The translations under genes were made by a program, and so were the position numbers. This document shows, piece after piece, positions 36,495 through 50,255 of a stretch of 64,000 nt of DNA (positions are counted from its first letter, which is position 1; each line of letters begins with the position of its first letter). The notes under the pieces are model-generated. The model did not search any database, was not told the origin of the DNA, and saw only the letters and a list, made by a program, of their open reading frames with translations. The stretch covers positions 51,646,001 to 51,710,000 of the forward strand of contig NC_043013.1 of assembly GCF_006345805.1 (NCBI RefSeq), written 5' to 3'. The DNA comes from Octopus sinensis (Eukaryota).

Positions 36495-37603
36495 ATGAGT
36501 GTAAGTACCTTGAGAGAAAAGTTGGACCTAAGAGGCATCAGATGTTGTGTGCAAGAGAGACGATTGCACTGGTATGGTCATGTGGCGAGAATGGATGAAG
36601 ATAGGTGTGTGAAAAAGTGCCACACCCTGGCAGTTGAGGGGACCCGTGGAAGAGGTAGACCCAGGAAAACCTGAGTCGAGGTGGTGAAGCACGACCTTCG
36701 AACTCTAGGTTTCACCAAGGAAATGACCAGAGACTGAGACCTATGGAAGTATGCTGTGCATCAGAAGACCCGGCAAGACCAGTGAGAACAATCAAAATCA
36801 AATCATATATCAGAAAGCAGGGGTTAAGTGACCCATCTGTTCGTGTCCACTGTCAGCCTCGTCTGGCACCCGTGTCGGTGATACGTAAAAGCACCATTCG
36901 CTCGTGGCCGTTTGCCAGCTCTGTCTGGCCCCCGTGTTGGTGGCACGTTAAAACACCATCCGTTCGTGTTCGTTGCCAGCCTCGCCTGGCCCCGTGCCGG
37001 TGACACGTAAAAGCACCGTCCGTTCGTGGCCGTTTGCCAGCTCCGTCTGGCCCCGTGTCGGTGGCACATAAAAGCACCGTCCGTTCGTGTCCGTTGCCAG
37101 CCTCGGCTGGCCCCCGTGCTGGTGACACGTAAAAGCACCGTCCGTTCGTGGCCGTTTGCTAGCTCTGTCTGGCCCCGTGTCAGTGGCACGTAAAAGCACC
37201 ATCCGTTCGTGTTCGTTGCCAGCCTCGGCTGGCCCCTCGTGCAGGTGACACGTAAAAGCACCGTCCGTTCGTGGCCGTTTGCCAGCTCTGTCTGGCCCTG
37301 TGTCGGTGGCACGTAAAAGCACCATCCATTCGTGTCCGTTGCCAGCATTGCCTGGCCCCGTGCCGGTGACACGTAAAAACACCATCCGTTCGTGGCCGTT
37401 CGCCAGCTCTGTCTGGCACCTGTGCAGGTGGCACGTAAAAAACACCCACTACACTCGCGGAGTGGTTGGCGTTAGGAAGGGCATCCAGCCGTAGAAACAC
37501 TGCCAAATCTGACTGGGCCTGATGAAGCCTTCCGGCTTCACAGACCCCAGTTAAACCGTCCAACCCATGCTAGCATGGAAAGCGGACGCTAAATGATGAT
37601 GAT
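36495..37603 (+). mobile_element. RTE-clade LINE 3' end with minisatellite-containing 3' UTR
   Basis: Translates to LREKLDLRGIRCCVQERRLHWYGHVARMDEDRCVKKCHTLAVEGTRGRGRPRKT*VEVVKHDLRTLG, an RTE C-terminus. It is followed by ~60-bp repeats and a GATGATGATG tail. Confidence 0.85.
36831..37445 (+). repeat. Minisatellite of alternating ~60-bp A/B units (about 5 dimers)
   Basis: A: GCACCATCCGTTCGTGTCCGTTGCCAGCCTCG.CTGGCCCCGTGCCGGTGACACGTAAAA. B: GCACCGTCCGTTCGTGGCCGTTTGCCAGCTCTGTCTGGCCCCGTGTCGGTGGCACGTAAAA. Confidence 0.9.
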
Positions 37604-37799
37604 GTGTGTAGAGGTGCAAGTGTGGCAAGAAGTTTGCTTCTCAGCTACATGGTTCCAGGTTCAGTCTCCCTGCATGGTACCTTGGGCAAATGTTGTCTAC
37701 TGTAACCTAAGGCTAACCAAAGCCTTGGGAGTGGATTTGGCAGACAGAAACTGAAAGAAGCCTGTCATATATGTATGTGTGTGTATATATATATAAATG

Positions 37800-37834
<35 letters not shown>

Positions 37835-38311
37835 GTATTTGTGTATGTGATTGTCTGCCCACTATCACTTGACAACCAATGTTGGTGTGTTTAGGTCCCC
37901 GTAACTTAGCAGTTTGGCAAAAGTGGCCAATAAAATAAGTACTAGGCTTAAAAGGAATATGTCCTGGGATCGATTTGTTTAACTAAAGGTGGTGCTCCAG
38001 CATGGCCACAGTCAAATGACTGAAACAGATATAAAAATAAATGTATATATATGTGTGTGAGAGAGTGTGTGTGTTTGTGTATGTATGTATGTAGATGCAG
38101 GCATGGTTATGTGGTAAAAAGTTAGCTTCCCAACCACATCATATTTGGTTCAGTCCCACTACATGGCATCTTGGACTAGTGTCTTTTACAACAACCTCAA
38201 ACCAACTAAAGCCCTTTCGGTGGATTTGATAAATAAAAGCTGAAAGAAGTTCACCATCCACACACAATCACACACACACACACACACACATATCTTTACA
38301 ATGATAATCTG

Positions 38312-38988
38312 TTCTACTCTAGGCACAAGGCCTGAAATTTTTGGAGAGTCAACCTCAGAGGAATTTGAACTCGGAATGTAATGACAGACGAAATACCTAT
38401 TCCTTTATTACCCACAAGGGGCTAAACATAGAGAGGACAAACAAGGACAGACAAAAGTATTAAGTCGATTACATCGACCCCAGTGCATAACTGGTATTTA
38501 ATTTATTGACCCTGAAAGGATGAAAGGCAAAGTCGACCTCAGCAGGATTTGAACTCAGAACGTAAGAGCAGATGAATGACAAGACGAAATACCGCTAAGC
38601 ATTTTGCCCAGCATGCTAGCATTTCTGACAGCTCGCCACCTTAAAATATTCTTTTCTACTGAAGGCACAAGGCCTGAAATTTTGGGGAAGGGGCCAGTTG
38701 ATTAGATTGACTCCAGTATGCAACTGGTACTTAATTTATTGACCCTGAAAGGATGAAAGGCAAAGTCAACCATAGCAGAATTTGAACTCAGAACATAACG
38801 ATAGACGAAATACCGCTAAGCATTTCGCCTGCCGTGCTAACGTTTCTGCCAGCTCGCTGCTTTAAAATATTCTTTTCTACTCTAGGCACACGACCCAAAA
38901 TTTTTGGGGAGGGGACCAGTCGATTAGATTGACCCCAGTATGCAACTGGTACTTAATTTATCGACCCCCAAAAGGATGAAAGGCAAAG
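38312..38988 (-). mobile_element. Tandem or nested cluster of SINE family E copies
   Basis: Repeated GACCC.GAAAGGATGAAAGGCAAAGT and GACGAAATACCGCTAAGCATTT blocks with ~230-240-bp spacing. Confidence 0.8.
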
Positions 38989-39427
38989 TTACAAAGACAA
39001 TGACTGAGAAGTTGTACTGTCTATTTGCTTTGTTTGACCATCTGGTAAAGCCAACAAAACAACAAAAACTTCGAAGTCACTGTCAACCTTTTCGTGGCAA
39101 AAACAAACATGATAATCAACTTCAGTCTATCAAGTGAACCGCCTTCAATTAATGTTTGACAGTTTGCTTTGTATAATTACACACAAAAGCAAACATTCGT
39201 GTGTGTGTGTGTGTGTGTGTGTGATTGGTGGTGGGAAGATAATTATATAACTTAATCTATTCTTTATTCTGTTGTTATGGCAACGACCCGCATTCTGGTG
39301 TATGTGTGTCTCGGAGGTGTTGGTGGGGGGGGTTACATATTTCCAGTGATTATATCAGCTGACCGGCTTAAAATATGTGCCTGTATGTATGTGTTTGTAT
39401 ACACGTGTGTGTGTGTATCTATTCTTT

Positions 39428-39647
39428 CTTTACTTGTTTCAGTCATTTGACTGTGGCCATGCTGGAGCACCGCCTTTTAGTCGAACAAATCGACCCCAGG
39501 ACTTATTCTTTGTAAGCCTAGTATTTATTCTATCGGCCTCTTTGCTGAACTGCTAGGGTACGTGAACACACCAACATCGGTTGTCAAACGATGGTGGGGG
39601 GACAAACACAGACAAACACACACACACACACCAATATATACATACAT

Positions 39648-39702
<55 letters not shown>

Positions 39703-39862
39703 CAGCAAGCTTCTTTCAGTTTCCGTCTACCAAATTCACTCACAAGGCTTTGGTGGGCCCGAGGCTATAGTAGAAGACACTTGCCCAAGGTGCCACGCAG
39801 TAGGACTGAATCCGGAACCATGTGGTTGGTAAGCAAGCTACTTACCACTCAGCCACTCCTAC
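39428..39862 (-). mobile_element. SINE family A copy
   Basis: Reverse complement of family A with a long internal (TA)n. Confidence 0.85.
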
Positions 39863-40465
39863 ATATATATATATATGTTTGTGTATATTCATATATGTGT
39901 GTATGTGTGTGTAATTGTTCATTGTTGCATGTGAAAGATTGCTTAGTTGTGTACTGTTGCGTGTATGCCTATGTATAGTGTGTGTGTGTGTGTGTTGCTG
40001 TTGTGTTTCTAACCCTAGGTCGACCTTTATCCAACAGACAATCTATGATGTGTAAGCCATTCTAACTCTGACCACCCTGTCTTTTTCCCGCCAGTATTAT
40101 GCCTCTTGTTCTTCATTATAATTTTGTTAAAACTCGTCGTGTGTGACTTGAGGAACGTTTTGCTGCTATTTCTAGTAGATTGAGTGTGTCTAGGCTCCCT
40201 CATTGATGCATGCTAAGTGTGTGTGTGTGTGTGTGTGGTGATGGAGGATATGGCATAATCAATGTGTGTATGTGTGTGATGAGATTTCTGTGATCATTCG
40301 TGTGTGAATTTGTGTGCATATATGTATGGATATATTGAGTGTGTACGTTGTGTATGTATGTGTCCATTGTGTGTGTGTGTGTCTGTGTATAAATGTTATA
40401 AATGTATTGTGTGTCTGTATGAAAAAATGTCACTGTTCATGAGTACACCTGGATGCATGTATGTA

Positions 40466-40498
<33 letters not shown>

Positions 40499-40699
40499 GC
40501 AACATACACACACACACACACACGACTGTTTCTATGTAAGTTATGTGTGTCAGTGTTGGGTATATAAAATTAGTATCTCAGCTCATTAAAGAAATGGTGG
40601 TTGTGGGCTGGGATGAGGGATCCTTGAGCAGGTGTAAATTAATTAATTATACACAGATATCTTTTTATACAAGTAGATATGTATGTGTGTGTGTGTATA

Positions 40700-40752
<53 letters not shown>

Positions 40753-43395
40753 ATCTGATCATTGATTTACTGCATTTCTAAATGCATGAGTGCCAATTAG
40801 TCCTTGTTCATTTGTTGTTTGAAAAGCTTTGGCCCCTTCAGCCGAGATGTCTCTGGCAAGTCCTGGTTTGTCCCAAATTCTGATAGTCAACACACATACC
40901 TTTTCTGTCCCTATTTTCTCTGTCATAGTCATGTTGTACCTTAAGGATATGCTCTCACCATCTCTCCCTTTCTTTCTTTCTTTCTTTTCTTTCTTTCTTT
41001 CTTTCTTTCTTTCATTTTTCTTTCCTTCCTTTTTTCTTCCTTTCTCCTTCCTTCCTTTTTCCTTCCTTCCTTCCCCCTCTCCCCTTTCTCTCTATATATA
41101 TATGTATATATGGGCATGGTTTTATGCCAGTGCCACGTGACTGGCCCTCATGCCACCGGCACGTTAAAATCACCCACTACACTCTCGGAGTGGTTGGCAT
41201 TAGAAGGGCATCCAGCTGTAGAAACCTTGCCAGAACAGATTGGAGCCTGGTGCAGCCTCCTGGCTTGCCAGACCTCAGTCAACCTGTCCAACCCATGACA
41301 GCATGGAAAATGGACGTTAAACAATGATGATGATAATATACACACACATGGATACATATAGACGACTTCTTAAACTCTGTAAATCCATGCGAATGTTCCA
41401 AGAATCCAAGAAGTTCTTGTACATGAATCCATTTTGAGTGTATAAAGTGTTGCACAGCCCTGAACTCACTTTTCAGTACAATCCACTGTAAAACCAGAGG
41501 CACAACAGGGGTTGAGATGACCTCAAATTGACTGATTTCGGGCTTCTTGTATGAGCTTACCATCTCCTAAGAAAGAAGTTCTAATGAGAACTAGGGTTTC
41601 GTCTCTCCCTGTAGTTTACATCCCTCTCCTACCCTGATGTAATCTCCAGGGATACAGGCATCCAGCAACAGGACCTCCGTAATGCTATGATGGACTATGA
41701 ATTCCATTGTCTTGACCACGGCCAAACAATGATGGTGTAGTTTACATGCTGGTTAACCCATGACTGGGACCCTAACAAGTGCCACTGTTTGGGGTCAGAG
41801 TAGACCTGGGAACAATAGGGGTTAAGAGGTGGTTTTGCACACCTTAAAACCATGACGTTGTGAGGTGACTTATTTAAATGACACACCTGACGAAGCCTAC
41901 ATTGATGAATGTAACACCACTAGCTCTACAATATTCACCTGTGAGGGACAGATGCAGGAGGGGTCGGAATAATTGTTGTGTTGGATAAAGATTCCTGCCA
42001 AATCCAATTTCCATTTACCTTACTCATTATATAATCATACACACACACACACACACGTATGTGCACACACACACATATACGTACCCACACACACATATAT
42101 ACATACATACACACAGGTATACATATACACATACAAACATACATTTATACATACCCAACGCTCACATATATACATATGCACACACACACACACACACACA
42201 CATAGATATAGGCATACATATATAAACACATTCACGCACATATATGTCTACATATATACACACACATACATATATATTACAAAGAGGGAGAAAGAGGGGG
42301 AGCCATATAGTACCCAACCCCACACTTACTATCACACTGTCCCAAATTCCTCTGTTGATGTACCTGCTCTAGGTGTGACACCACACCAACACAGGTTGCG
42401 GCCAACATTCCTCTCCAGTGTAAACGATTTTCTAGGTCATCTGCCTTGTTTACTAGTAGTCATAGCAGTTGTGGTAACAGGAGGGGGAGGAGGCATGGAG
42501 GTGGAAGGGTGGGGTAGTTTGTAGATTTTCTGGGGGGGGGGGTGTAGTAGTCGTAGTAGTAGTATTAGTAGTAGTAATGATATTAACAGTGGTGGTGGTA
42601 GTGGTTTTATTGTAGTGATATAGTTTATTGTGGGGTGAGGTAGGTGGTGGGGATTAAGTTATTGTCAGGGTGTTGGTAGTTGTAATTGTGGTGTTGGCGG
42701 TGGTGGTGCTAGTAGTAGTAATGGTAGTAATACTAGTAGTGATATATTAGTGGTGGTTGTGGCAGTCGTGGTGTAGTTGTAATAAGTTGTCAATGTGTTG
42801 GCGGTAGTAACTGTGGTCATTACTGTGAGGTAGTGGTTTGTGTTGTAGTAGTAGTTGTTGTAGTAGCTTCTAACAGTTTCCCATTACTATAACAAATGAT
42901 ATTCAGGATTTTTACATAAAAGATGTGTGTGAGTGTCTATGTGTATGTGTGTTTATGTAGGTGGGTTGGTGAATGGGTACATAAATGTGTGTGTGTGAGT
43001 GCATGTGTTTATTCATATAATGTGGCGCTCTGTCGGTCATGACGATGAGGGTTCCAGTTGATCGGATCAACGGAACAGCCTGCTCGTGAAATTAACATGC
43101 AAGTGGGTGAGCACTCCACAGACACGTGTACCCTTAATGTAGTTCTCGGGGCGATTCACCACGACACAGAGCATGACAGGCCTCTTTGAAATACAGGTAC
43201 AACAGAAACAGGAAGAAAGAGTGAGAAAAAGTTGTGGTGAAAGAGTACAGCAGGGATCACCACCACCCCCTGCCAGAGCCTTGTGGAACTTTAGGTGTTT
43301 TCACTCAATAAACACTTGCAACGCCCGGTTTGGGAATTGAAACCGTGATCTTGCGACCACGAGTCCACTGCCCTAACCACTGGGTCTCCACATTC

Positions 43396-43430
<35 letters not shown>

Positions 43431-44590
43431 AAAAATCATCATCATCATTTAATGCCCTTCATCTGTGCTGCCATGGGTTGACAGGAACTGGCAAATTAGA
43501 AGACTGTGCCAAACTACTGTTTGCTTTAGCATGATTTCTATGGTTGGATGCCCTTCCTAACACCAACCACTTTACAATGTGTACTGAGTGCTTCTTATGT
43601 AGCACCACCAGCAGAACAAATGCACACACACACACACACTATCATTTTAATATCTCTTTTCCTATCTTGCATGGGGCAGATTTTCTCTGGTTGGATGCCT
43701 TTCCTGTCATCAACCCTCGCCTGTTTCCAGGGGAGGTAATATTTCCCCCTTGGCCAGATATGTTTTTAAGAAGACTGGAAATGAAGAACTAATGAAGAAC
43801 AGTGATGTCTGTTTACAACCACCACGCAATATCAAAACAAAAGGACACATACACATGTACTTACATATGCATATGCATACATATATGATAGGTTTCTTTC
43901 AGTTTCCATCTACCAAAATCCACTCACAAGGGGTTTATAATAGAGGACATTTAACCAAGGCACTGTGCTCTGGGACTGAACCTAAAATCATATGATTGTG
44001 AAGTAATCATGATATCTGGTTCAAACCCCACCGCTTGACACGTTGCACAAGTGTCCACTATAGCCCTTGGCCAACTAAAGCCTTCTGAGTGGATTTGATA
44101 GATAGAAACTGAAAGAAGAAACCCATCGAATATAAACTCCTTACCTCAAGTCCCAAAATATTCCCCATACCTTATCCTGGTCTGTAGTTTGTGGCATTTC
44201 CCCATATAATTCTAACAACCATGTTTGTAAGTTGTGTTGCAAGAAATCTCATGCTATCCTTCACCATCAGAATACTTTGTTACTCAATAGGTTCTTTTAT
44301 GTAATCTTCTCATGTAAGCTCAAATTTTATTCCACTTTTGCTCATTGTGGAAAGTCTTCATGATTTCTCCTAATTGTCATTAAGCCCTTATGTACTACTT
44401 AGCTATGCCAGCAGCATTTTCTTTCACTATTCTCATACCATTCTCCTTATCTCAGCATATCTTCTTCCTCTACTATTCGCACTCCTTTTTTTTTCATTCA
44501 TTGCTTACCTCTTCTTATCTCCCTGTATAGTCAGCTATATATATAAATATATATATATATGATATTATATTATATTATATTATATCATAT

Positions 44591-44628
<38 letters not shown>

Positions 44629-44739
44629 ATATTGTATTATATTATATCATATTACATATATATAGATATAGATAGATAGATAGACAGGCAGACACTTCGT
44701 TTTGGTATCTGGTTTGAATTTTTGGGTTGAAACAAAAAA

Positions 44740-44988
44740 TTTGTTGTGTCTTCTGAGAGTCATTATGCCAAGATTATTAACACACACAAACTGGTTCAAT
44801 TCTACTCTTATATTATTAGTCAATTGGTTAAATACCTAACTAATTGTTTGTTTGTTTAACTTGGTTGACCATGTTAAACAATCAGTTAGTTAGTTTGATA
44901 TTTAACCAACTGACTAATAATAAAGGAGTGAAATTGAACCAGTGTGTGAGTTAATCTTGGCATAATGACTCCCCCAAGACACAACAAA
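44740..44988. repeat. ~250-bp imperfect palindrome (fold-back, MITE-like)
   Basis: TTTGTTGTGTCTT..GAGTCATTATGCCAAGATTA pairs with TAATCTTGGCATAATGACTC..AAGACACAACAAA; centre near 44866. Confidence 0.85.
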
Positions 44989-45031
44989 ATACACACACAC
45001 ACACACCTACACACATCTGCATACATACACA

Positions 45032-45832
45032 TACACAAAATGCATTCTAGAAATTTTGAGAATTTTCAGGTGAGGCGGTTATTAATTTGAAAGAAGTACA
45101 GAATTCTTATTTTCTTCAAAGTAGGGTTCTCTTTCTTCAAAGCTCTCCTTGAAAGTCTTTCTTAGGGAAAGTGTCCAGGGCCCTTGTCACAGTCTCCATC
45201 ATTCTCTCAGTGTCTCCAAGACAATTGCCACTGAAGTCCTCCTTCTGCTTGGAGGACAAACCCAAATCATAAAGAGCAAGATCTGGACAGTAAAGAGAGT
45301 AAGGGCCAGTTTTGATGCCTATCTTTGTCCAAGTAGTTAGTTACCAAGATGGAATTGTGGACTGATGCATTGACTTGGCACCGGTGCTCTGGCCTTTTGT
45401 GATGAAATCTCTTCCATCCCATGGATATAGATGAAAAAGGGAATTGCTACCGAAAAAGGGAATCATCATAAGCTTCACAGTGGACTTGCTTTGTATGGCC
45501 CCTTGTACCAGCAACAAACAGGTGCTTCGCTCATACAGGTTAATCTATAACCAGTCTGTTTTTGTAGCATCTGTACCAAGTTTAATTCAAGACTTTATTG
45601 CATTGCAAGCTTCCAAGTTATCTTCACGTCCGAATTGCATTCTGCAAACTAGTTTGCTATGAAAAACAGTGTTTAGTAGGGTGTGTTCAAAGTGCTGTTA
45701 TAGCCACCTCCTTTAGTCTAGAATACTAAAAGTTGGCAAGTCAGATTATTAGAGGATATACTAAAATTGCAATGATCTAGGACAGGTATAACTGTGCCTT
45801 GCAAAGTCTCAGAACTTTTCAAGTATACCTCG
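45032..45832 (-). mobile_element. Internally deleted, decayed mariner element
   Basis: Minus strand near 45260-45305 gives PYSLYCPDLALYDL, resembling the YSPDLAPSD motif. Decayed TIR-like ends are present. Confidence 0.55.
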
Positions 45833-46299
45833 TGTGTGTGTGTGTGTATGTGTGTATTACTGTCTTTTTGCCTTGACTTCATATCCCTCTCTCTCTCTCT
45901 TTCGGAGAGGCACAAGCACCTACACACACATATACACACACGGCAGTAACTTCCGCCTGCCGAATTCAATCACAAAGCTTCAGTCGGCTCGAGGCTATAG
46001 CAGAAGACACTTGCCCAAAGTGCCACGCAGTGGGACTGAACCCGAAACCATGTAGCTAGGAAGCAAGCTCCCTAACCACACAGCCATGATGGTTGTAAAT
46101 GAATCTCGCCATTATGCAAGCAGTATGCTTCATTTCCAATCTACCATGAAAACATCCCTGGAAACAAGCGAAGGTTATTGACAGGAAGAGCGTTCACCCA
46201 TAGAAAATCTGCCTCAATAAATTCCATCCAACCACCATCCAAGCATGGGAAAGCGGATATTAAATGATGATGATGGTGATGATGATATTTAGTAAAACA

Positions 46300-46531
46300 A
46301 GGTGGTGAGCTGGTAGAATCATTAGCACAAGGGGCGAAATGCTTAGCAGTATTTCATCTGCCGTTACGTCTTGAGTTCAAATTCCACCGAGGTCGACTTT
46401 GCCTTTCATCCTTTCAGGGTCGATTAAATAAGTACCAGTTGCGCACTGGGGTCGATATATTCGACTTATTCCCCTGTCTGTCTTTGTTTGTCCCCTCTAT
46501 GTTTAGCGCCCTGTGGGCAATAAATAAATAA
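46300..46531 (+). mobile_element. SINE family E, full length, Tx1/L1-like tail, 15-bp TSD
   Basis: TSD ATATTTAGTAAAACA at 46285-46299 and 46532-46546; B-box-like GAGTTCAAATTCC; tail TGTTTGTCCCCTCT...(AAAT)n. Confidence 0.9.
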
Positions 46532-47654
46532 ATATTTAGTAAAACACTAAAAATTCTTGTTTCCCTTCAAAATTTGATTTCAGTTTTTCAACATTTTCCC
46601 ATTTCCTCTTTTTTGGGATCTCTGAATTTGGTTAATAGTTCTTCATTTAATGTCCCCTTAAGGAGAAGTGGGCATTATATAACATCGAGCAATAAATATG
46701 CACAGGTATTTCCATAATGTGAGTCTTTGATGTTAGATGAAGGGGAAACATTTTCTCTCTCTTTTAACATGCTGGCAACATTGACACCATCAGCCCCCCA
46801 GCATCACTATGACAACGACTACCACCACCACTACCACTACAGCTACCAACACCAACTGCATCATCATCATTACTGCACAATCACTACCTCCGCCAAGCCA
46901 TCAACACCACCACAACCACCAACATGTACATACCATCACTGCTACTATCACCACCATCATCTCAACCATCACACTATCATCATCATCACCATCATCATCA
47001 TTGTTGGTGTCAGTTGCAGTGGTAGGACAGTGGTATCAGTAGCAGCGACGGTGGTGGCACCGTAGCAGTGCCAATGTAGTTCACATTTCGCTTCTTGTTG
47101 GCATTATTGTTCTTGTAATTATCATTACGTAGTCATCATCATCATCATCAACACCACTATCTTCATCATCATTGCCATCATCATCATTATCCATTATTAT
47201 CCTAGTTATCATCATTATAATTATTATTGTTATTATTATTATTATTAGAGAGTTGGCAGAGTCGTTAGCATGCTGGACAAAAAACTTAGCAGTGTTTCTG
47301 TCTGCATTTACGTTCTGAGTTCAAATTCCACCAAGGTCAACTCTACCCTTCATCCTCCCATGGTCAGTAAAATAAGTACCAGTTGAGCACTGGGGTTCAT
47401 GTAACAGACTTACTCCACTTCCCCAAAATTGCTGGCCTTGTGCCAAAAATTTGAAACCATTATTATTGTTATTATTTTCATTATCATTATATAATAAACA
47501 TCTTTATTATAATTAATTATATGATCATTATCCTCATCATTCTTTTTCATGAAAGAAATCATTGAAAAACAAATTATTTTTATTATTATTATTATTGTTA
47601 TTATTAGTAGTATTATCATTATATAACTTAATATAGAGTGTGCTTATTATTTTG

Positions 47655-47734
47655 ATCATCATCATCATCATCATCATTATTATTATTATTATTATTATTA
47701 TTTTATTATTATTTTTATTATTATTATTATTTTT

Positions 47735-47765
<31 letters not shown>

Positions 47766-47837
47766 TTTTTATTATTATTATTGTTATTTTTATTATTATT
47801 ATTATTTTTATTATTATCATTATTATTATTTTTATTA

Positions 47838-47868
<31 letters not shown>

Positions 47869-47943
47869 AATTATTATTATTATTATTATTATTATTGTTA
47901 TTATTATTATTATTATTGCTATCATCATCTTCATTATTATTAT
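47655..47943. repeat. (ATC)n(ATT)n microsatellite
   Basis: Seen directly. Confidence 0.95.
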
Positions 47944-48397
47944 TCCTTCCACATACTACAACTGCAACGATATAGATAATTCCCTATTCCCTTACATCAC
48001 TACACCACCACCCACCCAGCCTCCCCAACATCCTGAGATGCCGAGATTATTTATAATATTCTCCTTTATTTCTAAAGATTTTACTTAAACACAAATTTAT
48101 CCTCCATTTTTTTCCTATTATTTTCCTCAATTTTTCTTTAATTTTGTTTTGTTTGTTGGACCAAATATCTTCTTATTGCCAGAAATCAATATTTACATCA
48201 CAATATTTCACTTGAGATATGTATATGTATGTGTGTGTGTGTATATATGTATATATATTTGCATATATAAGTACATATATATATTTATACATATATAAGT
48301 ATGTATATATAAATATGCGTATATAAGTACATATATATAGATATAGATATATATATATATATAGATATGTATATATAGATATAGATATGCATAAATA

Positions 48398-48805
48398 GGC
48401 ATAGGAGTGGATGTGTGGTAAGTAGCTTGCTTATAAACAACATGGTTCTGGGTTCAATCCCACTACATGGCACCTTGGGCAAGTGTCTTCTACTATAGCC
48501 TCGGGCCAATCAAAATCTTGTAAATAGATTTGGTAGTCGGAAACTGAAGGAAGCCCGTCGTATATATATATATATATATATAATATATATATATATATGT
48601 ATGTGTTTGTATGTCTATGTTTGTCCCTGCAACATCGCTTGACAATCAATACTGGTGTGTTTACATCCCCGTAACTTAGCGCTTCAGCAAAAGAGACCGA
48701 TAGAATAAGTACTAGGCTTACTAAGAGTAATTCCTGGGATTGATTTCTCTGACTAAAGGCGGTGCTCCAGCGTGGTCTCGGTCAAATGAATAAAAGAATA
48801 AAAGA
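48398..48805 (+). mobile_element. SINE family A copy
   Basis: Colinear with 30719-31143. Confidence 0.85.
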
Positions 48806-49573
48806 AAATGTTCACGTTCACATCAGCCTACTCCCTCCATCAAATCGACATTACCTGTACAGGTGCACCATGTGCCACATGTTAGATGATGAAATGATTG
48901 CAGAACAATGTGAAATGAAGTGCTTTGCTGAAGAACATAATGCAACGCCTGGTCTGGGAATCGAACCCACGATCTCACAATCATGAGTGCAACACCCTAA
49001 ACAGTAAGCCATGCGCCTTCACACACACACATATACATACATATATATGTATCATCATCATCGTTTAACGTCTGTTTTCCATGCTTGCATGGGTTGGACA
49101 GTTCAACTGTGGTCTGGGAAGCCAGGAGGCTGCGCCAGGCCCAGTCTGATCTGGCAGTGTTTCTACAGCTGGATGCCCTTCCTAATGCCAACCACTCCGA
49201 GAGTGTAGTGGGTGCTTTTTTCTGTGCCACCTACACAGGTGCCAGACGAGGCTGGCAAACGGCCACGATCCATTGGTGCTTTTTACGTGTCACCGGCACT
49301 GGTATCTCGGCTACAATTTCCATTGATGTTGAAAGATTTCGATTTTGATTTTGATTTATATATATTTGATTTATATATTTTGATATATATATAGGGAGAA
49401 TTCACAAAAAACAACAAAAGACAAAGACAGGTGGTGTAGAAAGCAAACAGATGTATTAGTATAACGCTCGGGAATTGAAAAAGTCTTTAACATTTTGAGC
49501 CTACACTCTTCTACAGAAAGGGACACAGAAAGAAACAAGGAGAGAAAAAAATGTGTGTAGTGGCTAACGATCT

Positions 49574-49604
<31 letters not shown>

Positions 49605-49924
49605 TCTTTGCCTTGCAAGTTACTTGGTGCCATGTGCTGGTGCCACGTAAAAAGCATACGGTCCACACTGTAAAGTGGTTGGTGTTCAGAAGGGCATCCA
49701 GCTGTAAAAACCTTGCTAAAACTAACCTCGCCTGTGCTTGTGCTACATAAAAAGCACTCAGTCCAGTCTACTGAGTGGTTGGTGTTGGGAAGGGCATCCA
49801 GCTGGAAAAATCCTGCCGAAACAATCACAGGAGTCTGGTGCAGGCTTCTGCCTGGCCGGCTTTTGTAAAACTGCCCCACCCATTCTAGCATGGAAGGTGA
49901 ACGTTAAACGATGATGATGATGTA

Positions 49925-50255
49925 CCCATCTAACACTCGTGGACATATTTACAAAGTAAGAAAACAGCACAGCTCCCATGACTTCAGGAAACATTTTTTC
50001 ACGCTGAGAGTTGCTGAAGCGTGGAACAAACTGCCGGCATCGGTTGTTAGTTGTCGGAGCACTGCATCCTTCAAAACTTCCATGCTTCCTGAGATTCGCC
50101 AACACTACACTTGATTTTCTCCCCTCCATACACACACAAGCATGTTCACTTTCCAGACATTTCTACATTACTGCATGTACTTTATATGCACTTTCTGACA
50201 AGTTGTGGTGCACCTGAGCACTGTATACAATAATTTCATTATATTATATTATATT
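49925..50255 (+). mobile_element. CR1-group LINE 3' end
   Basis: SNTRGHIYKVRKQHSSHDFRKHFFTLRVAEAWNKLPASVV matches the TRGH..F..RV..WN.LP..VV signature. It is followed by a short 3' UTR and an (ATTAT)n tail. Confidence 0.85.

Noticed and set aside
36831-37445. CRISPR-like regular array
   Set aside because: There are no unique spacers and no cas genes; it is a tandem minisatellite within an RTE 3' UTR in eukaryotic DNA.
41279-41563. 94-aa minus-strand ORF in complex sequence
   Set aside because: No recognisable domain; it runs into a repeat and is probably a transposon remnant.
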